A stretch of DNA of 23,063 nucleotides, from positions 1 through 23,063 of the forward strand of contig JBGANF010000124.1 in the NCBI GenBank assembly GCA_044222475.1, given 5' to 3'. Position numbers and translations under genes: made by a program. The stretch's first letter is position 1, and each line of letters opens with the position of its first letter. The notes under the pieces were generated by a model, which saw only the letters and a program-made list of their open reading frames with translations, searched no databases and was not told the DNA's origin. Origin of the DNA: Polyangiaceae bacterium (lineage in GTDB: Bacteria > Myxococcota_A > Polyangia > Polyangiales > Polyangiaceae). This document shows positions 18,215-23,063 of the stretch, one piece after another.

Positions 18215-18259
18215 CTCATCGAGCACCACCTGACCCGGTGACTCTGCTAAATCGCGGTC

Positions 18260-19780
18260 ATGGCTCGTGCCTTCAAGAAAGTCCTCGTCGCCAACCGCGG
18301 CGAGATCGCGGTCCGCGTCATCCGCACCTTGCGGGAGATGGGCATCGCCTCGGTCGCGGTGTACTCCGACGCCGATCGCGCGGGGCTCCACGTGCGCATG
18401 GCCGACGAGGCTCACCCGATCGGACCTGCACCGGCGGCGGAGAGCTACCTTCGCGCCGAGAAGATCGTCGCCGTCGCCAAGGAGTGCGGCGCCGATGCGA
18501 TCCATCCGGGGTACGGCTTCCTCAGCGAGAACCCGATCCTGCCCGAGGCCTGCGAGGCCGCGAAGATCACCTTCATCGGGCCGCCGGCGAGCGCGATGCG
18601 CCAGATGGGCAGCAAGACCGCCGCGCGCAAGCGCATGGCCGAGGCCGGCGTGCCGGTCACACCCGGCGCGATGTGCGACTCGACCGAAGAAGCGACCGCG
18701 GCCGCGAAGAAGATCGGTTTCCCGGTCATGCTGAAGGCGGCGAGCGGCGGCGGCGGCAAGGGCATGCGCCTCGTGAGCAACGAAGGCGAGATGGCCAGCG
18801 CGTGGGAGCGCGCTCGCAGCGAAGCGAAGAAGTTCTTCGGCGACGACACCGTCTACATCGAGAAGGCCATCGAGCGCCCGCGCCACGTCGAGATTCAGGT
18901 CCTCGGTGATCGCGAAGGCAACACCGTGCACGTCTTCGAGCGCGACTGCTCCATCCAGCGGCGCAACCAGAAGGTCGTCGAAGAGACCCCGTCGCCGGCG
19001 GCGCCGCCGGAGCTCGTCGCGAAGATGGGGGCGATCGCGGTCCAGGGGGCGAAGGCGGTCGGCTACTACAGCGCCGGCACGTTCGAGTTTCTCCTCGCGC
19101 CCGACGGGAACTTCTACTTCCTCGAGATGAACACGCGCTTGCAGGTCGAGCACCCGGTGACGGAGCTCGTCACCGGTACCGATTTGGTACGAGAGATGGT
19201 CCTCATCGCGCAGGGCGAGAAGCTCTCGTTCGCCCAGACCGACCTCCAGAGCCGCGGCGCCGCGATCCAGTGTCGCGTCTACGCCGAGGACCCCGCGAGC
19301 GGCTTCCTCCCGTCGCCGGGGACGATCCACGAGCTCACGGTGCCGTCGGGCCCCGGCATCCGCGACGACGGCGGCGCCTACCCCGGCTGCACGATCTCCA
19401 GCTTCTACGACCCGTTGATCTCGAAGCTCTGCGTGTGGGCGCCCACGCGAGCGCGCGCCGTCCAGAAGATGCGGCGAGCTCTCTCGGAGTACGTCGTCAC
19501 CGGGATTCGAACGAACCTTGCCTTCCATCAGCGGTTGTTCGACCACCCCGACTTCGTCGCCGGCCAGTACGACACGGGCTTCCTCGAGCGGAACAAGGAC
19601 GCGCTGCTCGGCTACGAGACCGTGCCGGAAGCGCGCCGCGAGGCCGTGGCGGTCGCGATCGCCGTCGCCGCGTCGAGGCTCGAGCGCGCGACCGGCGTCC
19701 GATCGGCCGAGCAGGGCGAGAGCGGCGCGCGGACCTCACCGTGGGTCGCGCAGCACCGCGCGCGTGGCTGGCGGAGCTGA
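18260..19780 (+). CDS. accC: Acetyl/propionyl-CoA carboxylase biotin carboxylase subunit
   Basis: KVLVANRGEIA, IHPGYGFLSEN, GGGGKGMR, ERDCSIQRRNQK, EMNTRLQVEHPVTE and YDPLISKL. No biotinyl (MKM) domain. Confidence 0.93.
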   Translation: MARAFKKVLVANRGEIAVRVIRTLREMGIASVAVYSDADRAGLHVRMADEAHPIGPAPAAESYLRAEKIVAVAKECGADAIHPGYGFLSENPILPEACEAAKITFIGPPASAMRQMGSKTAARKRMAEAGVPVTPGAMCDSTEEATAAAKKIGFPVMLKAASGGGGKGMRLVSNEGEMASAWERARSEAKKFFGDDTVYIEKAIERPRHVEIQVLGDREGNTVHVFERDCSIQRRNQKVVEETPSPAAPPELVAKMGAIAVQGAKAVGYYSAGTFEFLLAPDGNFYFLEMNTRLQVEHPVTELVTGTDLVREMVLIAQGEKLSFAQTDLQSRGAAIQCRVYAEDPASGFLPSPGTIHELTVPSGPGIRDDGGAYPGCTISSFYDPLISKLCVWAPTRARAVQKMRRALSEYVVTGIRTNLAFHQRLFDHPDFVAGQYDTGFLERNKDALLGYETVPEARREAVAVAIAVAASRLERATGVRSAEQGESGARTSPWVAQHRARGWRS

Positions 19781-19786
19781 GCGCAG

Positions 19787-21178
19787 CTACGGCGCGCGCC
19801 GTGGTCGGGCGCGGCCGGTGATGGCGACCCACTTCAGCGTGCCCGCGGATTGCTCCTGCGGGTAGGTGTACGAAGGGGTCGGCATCTCGGTCCAGGTCGT
19901 GCCGTCCCAGCGGGCGCGGCCGGTGATGGCGACCCACTTCAGCGTGCCCGCGGATTGCTCCTGCGGGTAGGTGTACGAAGGGGTCGGCATCTCGGTCCAG
20001 GTCGTGCCGTCCCAGCGGGCGATCACGGCTTTGTTGGTCGCCGGCTCCTTGCGTCCCACGACGAACGCTTCGATCGGCGAGGGCGCCCAGACGTCGGTGA
20101 CTCCGGCGGTCCCGGCCGGGAGCGTGGTCTTCTTCCAGCCCGCGCCATCCCAATGGGCGGCGAAGGAGCCGACCCCGGAGTCGTTGCCGACCGCGAAGAC
20201 GTCTTTCGAGGCGGCACCGGAGATCGAGAAGATCAACCCCGGGGTGAGCGCGCCATCGACGAGGAACGCGTTCGACCACGCATTGCCATCCCAGTGTCGC
20301 AGCTGTTTCGAACCGATCCAGATGTCGTCCTTTGCGACGTCGCCCATCGTTGCCGCGTCACCGACGCTCATCGACGACCACGCTGTGCCGTTGAAGCGAA
20401 GCACGTGATCCCCTACGCCATACCAGAGGTCTTGCGCGGTCGTGCCGGCGAAAGTCGACGTGCCGACGCCGCCCACGATGCCGTTCGTCACGAGCGAGCA
20501 GCTCGAGTTTCCGTTCGGGCAGCGGTACATCACGTTGGTGCCTGCGACCCAGAACTCGGTATTTCCGCCGTTGAGTACCGAGGTGACGGCCCAGAGATCG
20601 GCGTTCGTCGTCGGCCCGATGCAGGAGCCGCCCGACTTGCACTCCGCCCAGCTCACGCTGTTCCACCCGTACATCTTGCCGCCGATGTTCGACGCCTTCG
20701 TGACGAGGGCGCGGACGAGGTCGCCGCTCTGGTAGATGTCCTGGGCGCGGTAGGTCGTGAAGCCGAAGTCGGTCAGGACCTCCTTGCCTTGCGTCCACGT
20801 CGCGCCGTCGTAGTGGGCGGTGACGATCTGAGTGACGAATCCCCCGTTGTTCGGCGCGTAGGTGGCGTACTCGCCGATGGCCCACGCGTCGGAGACCGCG
20901 CACTTCTTGGTGTTCGTCGTGCACGTGAGGCCGTCGCCGCACGGCGCCAGCGGCGCAACGCAGCACGATTCGCCAGGGGCACCGCACGGAGGCGGACCGG
21001 CGTCGGGTGCGGCGTCGGGAGTGACCACGTCGGCGCCGCCGTCGGTTCCGATCACCGGGCCGTCGGCCGTTGCGTCGGGCTGAGGCGTATTGATCGGCGT
21101 GTCCCCCACGCAACCGACGAGCGCGATGGCTCCAACACCGAGGCCCAAGCGTGCGGAAAAGCGAACGGAAGTCGGCAT
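19787..21178 (-). CDS. Putative lipoprotein with Cys-rich module and W/Y/F-D/N-G-x-x-W repeats (probable beta-propeller)
   Basis: Lipobox LVGC, CGAPGESCC..C..GLTC..C, and repeats HYDGATW, RFNGTAW, HWDGNAW, HWDGAGW, RWDGTTW x2. Confidence 0.8.
   Translation of the reverse strand: MPTSVRFSARLGLGVGAIALVGCVGDTPINTPQPDATADGPVIGTDGGADVVTPDAAPDAGPPPCGAPGESCCVAPLAPCGDGLTCTTNTKKCAVSDAWAIGEYATYAPNNGGFVTQIVTAHYDGATWTQGKEVLTDFGFTTYRAQDIYQSGDLVRALVTKASNIGGKMYGWNSVSWAECKSGGSCIGPTTNADLWAVTSVLNGGNTEFWVAGTNVMYRCPNGNSSCSLVTNGIVGGVGTSTFAGTTAQDLWYGVGDHVLRFNGTAWSSMSVGDAATMGDVAKDDIWIGSKQLRHWDGNAWSNAFLVDGALTPGLIFSISGAASKDVFAVGNDSGVGSFAAHWDGAGWKKTTLPAGTAGVTDVWAPSPIEAFVVGRKEPATNKAVIARWDGTTWTEMPTPSYTYPQEQSAGTLKWVAITGRARWDGTTWTEMPTPSYTYPQEQSAGTLKWVAITGRARPRRAP
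19806..20021. repeat. Perfect direct tandem repeat, 2 x 105 bp, bounded by CGGGCG microhomology
   Basis: 19806-19910 is identical to 19911-20015. CGGGCG occurs at 19806, 19911 and 20016. Confidence 0.95.
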
Positions 21179-21242
21179 GGCTCGGAAGCTTGCCACAACG
21201 AGGACCGATCGCAAAGGAACCGAGCGTCCCTAGTAGGTACAG

Positions 21243-21854
21243 TCAGGGCACGTTGACGTAGAACGCAACGTGTCCGTGGGGTGATGTCACACCGTAGACG
21301 CAGCCGTCGTACACGTGGAAGCGGACCGTCCAGAACCCCGTGCGGTCGAAGCGGATCGGGCCGACCTCGTACACGCCGTTGCCCTTGTCGGTCGTCTTCG
21401 TGCCCGAGTTCGGCGCGGGGTGGGTCGAGTCGAGGAAGACCTCGGGCTGGGGATCCGCGCCGAGCGCCGGCTGCTTGTCGGCGCGCGATTTCACGGTGAG
21501 GGTGAACGTAACGTTCTCGTTCAGCGCGATCGGAGTCGACGTCCAGCCGAAGTCGTACTTGCACTCCTCGTCCGAGCCGCTCTGGTTGAAGAGGACCCCC
21601 GCGTCCGCCGGCGGCAGCGGCGCCGGCTCTTCGTGCTTCTGCGGTCCGTCGGTGTCCGCGTCGCCCGCGGCTTCGCCGGCGCCGGCGTCGCCAGGTTGAC
21701 ATGCCGCTTGCGACGTCGCCTGTGAGCCCGTCCCGCAATGGGTGTCGAGGGGACCGACGACGGCACCACCTGGCGCGGCGTCGTGGGAACCGCACGCGTA
21801 GACGACCGCCGCGAGCGGCACGAGGGAGGCAGCCATCCATGGAAGCAGGCGCAT
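21243..21854 (-). CDS. Putative lipoprotein with YtkA/FixH-like Ig-fold domain
   Basis: Lipobox VYAC, FTLTV...D..P..GA, GNGVYEVGPIRF...GFWTVRFHV and a C-terminal PHGH. Confidence 0.68.
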   Translation of the reverse strand: MRLLPWMAASLVPLAAVVYACGSHDAAPGGAVVGPLDTHCGTGSQATSQAACQPGDAGAGEAAGDADTDGPQKHEEPAPLPPADAGVLFNQSGSDEECKYDFGWTSTPIALNENVTFTLTVKSRADKQPALGADPQPEVFLDSTHPAPNSGTKTTDKGNGVYEVGPIRFDRTGFWTVRFHVYDGCVYGVTSPHGHVAFYVNVP

Positions 21855-21916
21855 TTTCCACCTTCTAGCACACGCGTTGGTGGCTGCGAGCCGCGGCGGT
21901 AGGATGGCGATCGCGC

Positions 21917-23063
21917 ATGGGTGAGTTCTCGTTCGAAGACGTGACGGCGGTGATGCAACAGCTCACCAGCGACGAGGGCGCCACGATCGTGAAGGCGCCC
22001 CGTCAGACGCTCGTCCGTGGCGAAGCGAAGAACCGCGGGAGCGAAGCGCTCGAGACGCTGCGCCGGCTCCGCTTCGACCCAGGTCGGTTGGTCGATCTGG
22101 GGCCGCTCGCCGCCGGGGGCATGAGCGCGATCCGGGTGGCGAAGCAGGTCTCGCTCGATCGCGAGGTCGCGGTGAAGCGCCTACCGATGGAGAAGCGCAT
22201 GCCGCGCCACATCGAGGCGCTCCTCTCGGAGGCGTGGGTCACCGGTGCGCTCGAGCACCCGAACATCGTGCCCGTCCACGACATGGGCCTCGACGAGGAC
22301 GGCATGCCGGTTCTCGTCATGAAGAAGATCGAAGGCGAGAGCTGGGGCGAGCTCCTCCGCGGCGGCGACCTCGCGCCGTTCGGACACGAGGGCGACCCGC
22401 TCGCGTTCCACTTGCGCGCGTTCATGAGCGTGTGCAACGCCGCGCACTTCGCGCACGCGCGCGGCATCGTTCATCGCGATCTCAAGCCGGACAACGTGAT
22501 GGTCGGGTACTTCGGCGAGGTCTACGTCGTGGACTGGGGCATCGCGACGCCGCCGAAGGCCGCGAAGAGCATCGCGGGCACGCCGGCGTACCTCGCCCCG
22601 GAGATGCTCGCGCGGCCCGGTGACGAGCTCACCCCCGCGACCGACATCTACCTCCTGGGAGCCATCCTCTACGAGATCCTCACCGGCGCGCCGCCGCACC
22701 TCGGCGAGACGATGGAGGCGATCATCGAGAGCGTGCTCGCGTCACCGCCGAAGCTCCCGGAGTCAGCGCCGGTGGAGCTCGTACAGCTCGCGACGGCGTG
22801 CATGAACCCCAACCCGCGCTCGCGACCTCCATCCGCCGACTTCGTTCGCAAGGCGGTCGAGCGGTTCTTCGCCCACGAGGGCTCGCGCGCGCTCGCGCGG
22901 GAGGCCGCCGCCCGCGCCGACGAGCTCGCGGCGGAGATCGCGAAGAAGAGCGAGGATCGAACGCGCGCTCACGCGCTCTTCACCGAGTGTCGCTTCGGTT
23001 TCAAGCAGGCCATTCGCACCTGGCCGCGCAACCTGGACGCGATCGACGGCCTGGAGCGGACCA
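21917..23063 (+). CDS. Hanks-type serine/threonine protein kinase, 3'-truncated
   Basis: Absent from the ORF track because it has no stop in the window. Manual translation from ATG 21917 gives LAAGGMS, VAVKR, LEHPNIVPVHD, HRDLKPDN, DWG, GTPAYLAPE and DIYLLG. Confidence 0.93.
   Translation, partial: MGEFSFEDVTAVMQQLTSDEGATIVKAPRQTLVRGEAKNRGSEALETLRRLRFDPGRLVDLGPLAAGGMSAIRVAKQVSLDREVAVKRLPMEKRMPRHIEALLSEAWVTGALEHPNIVPVHDMGLDEDGMPVLVMKKIEGESWGELLRGGDLAPFGHEGDPLAFHLRAFMSVCNAAHFAHARGIVHRDLKPDNVMVGYFGEVYVVDWGIATPPKAAKSIAGTPAYLAPEMLARPGDELTPATDIYLLGAILYEILTGAPPHLGETMEAIIESVLASPPKLPESAPVELVQLATACMNPNPRSRPPSADFVRKAVERFFAHEGSRALAREAAARADELAAEIAKKSEDRTRAHALFTECRFGFKQAIRTWPRNLDAIDGLERT

Noticed and set aside
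19806..20021. CRISPR array
   Set aside because: Two abutting copies with no spacers, inside a CDS and in frame, with no cas genes.
21904..21924. Tiny upstream ORF MAIAHG overlapping the kinase start
   Set aside because: Only 6 codons, and its ATG lies within a probable -10 box (TAGGAT). No evidence of function.

Overview
High-GC window (roughly 70% by eye) that looks like core chromosome of a myxobacterium. The Myxococcota/Polyangiales-like assignment is inferred from the Hanks-type kinase, FGE-domain and Cys-rich lipoproteins, and hexamer intergenic repeats. It holds about 22 genes: two dipeptide/oligopeptide ABC permeases, a thioredoxin-rhodanese fusion, a PAP2 protein, fur, a six-gene stop/start-overlapping minus-strand operon (GldA/GldF/GldG-like ABC system, DUF4340 protein, orphan Dam-like methyltransferase, 5-formyl-THF cyclo-ligase), a divergent non-catalytic FGE-domain lipoprotein, a probable sigma54-driven membrane protein, a two-component system with DUF3293, xseA, an aroE frameshifted by a diverged 65-bp tandem duplication, a biotin carboxylase, two lipoproteins (one with a perfect 105-bp in-frame duplication) and a truncated Ser/Thr kinase. 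I saw no RNA genes, CRISPR, IS, phage or RT. No clearly new system is demonstrated. The best leads are the Dam gene embedded in the Gld-like ABC operon, the Trx-rhodanese fusion, the two tandem duplications, the hexamer palindrome and apparent leaderless promoters. All family calls come from motif recognition, not database searches.
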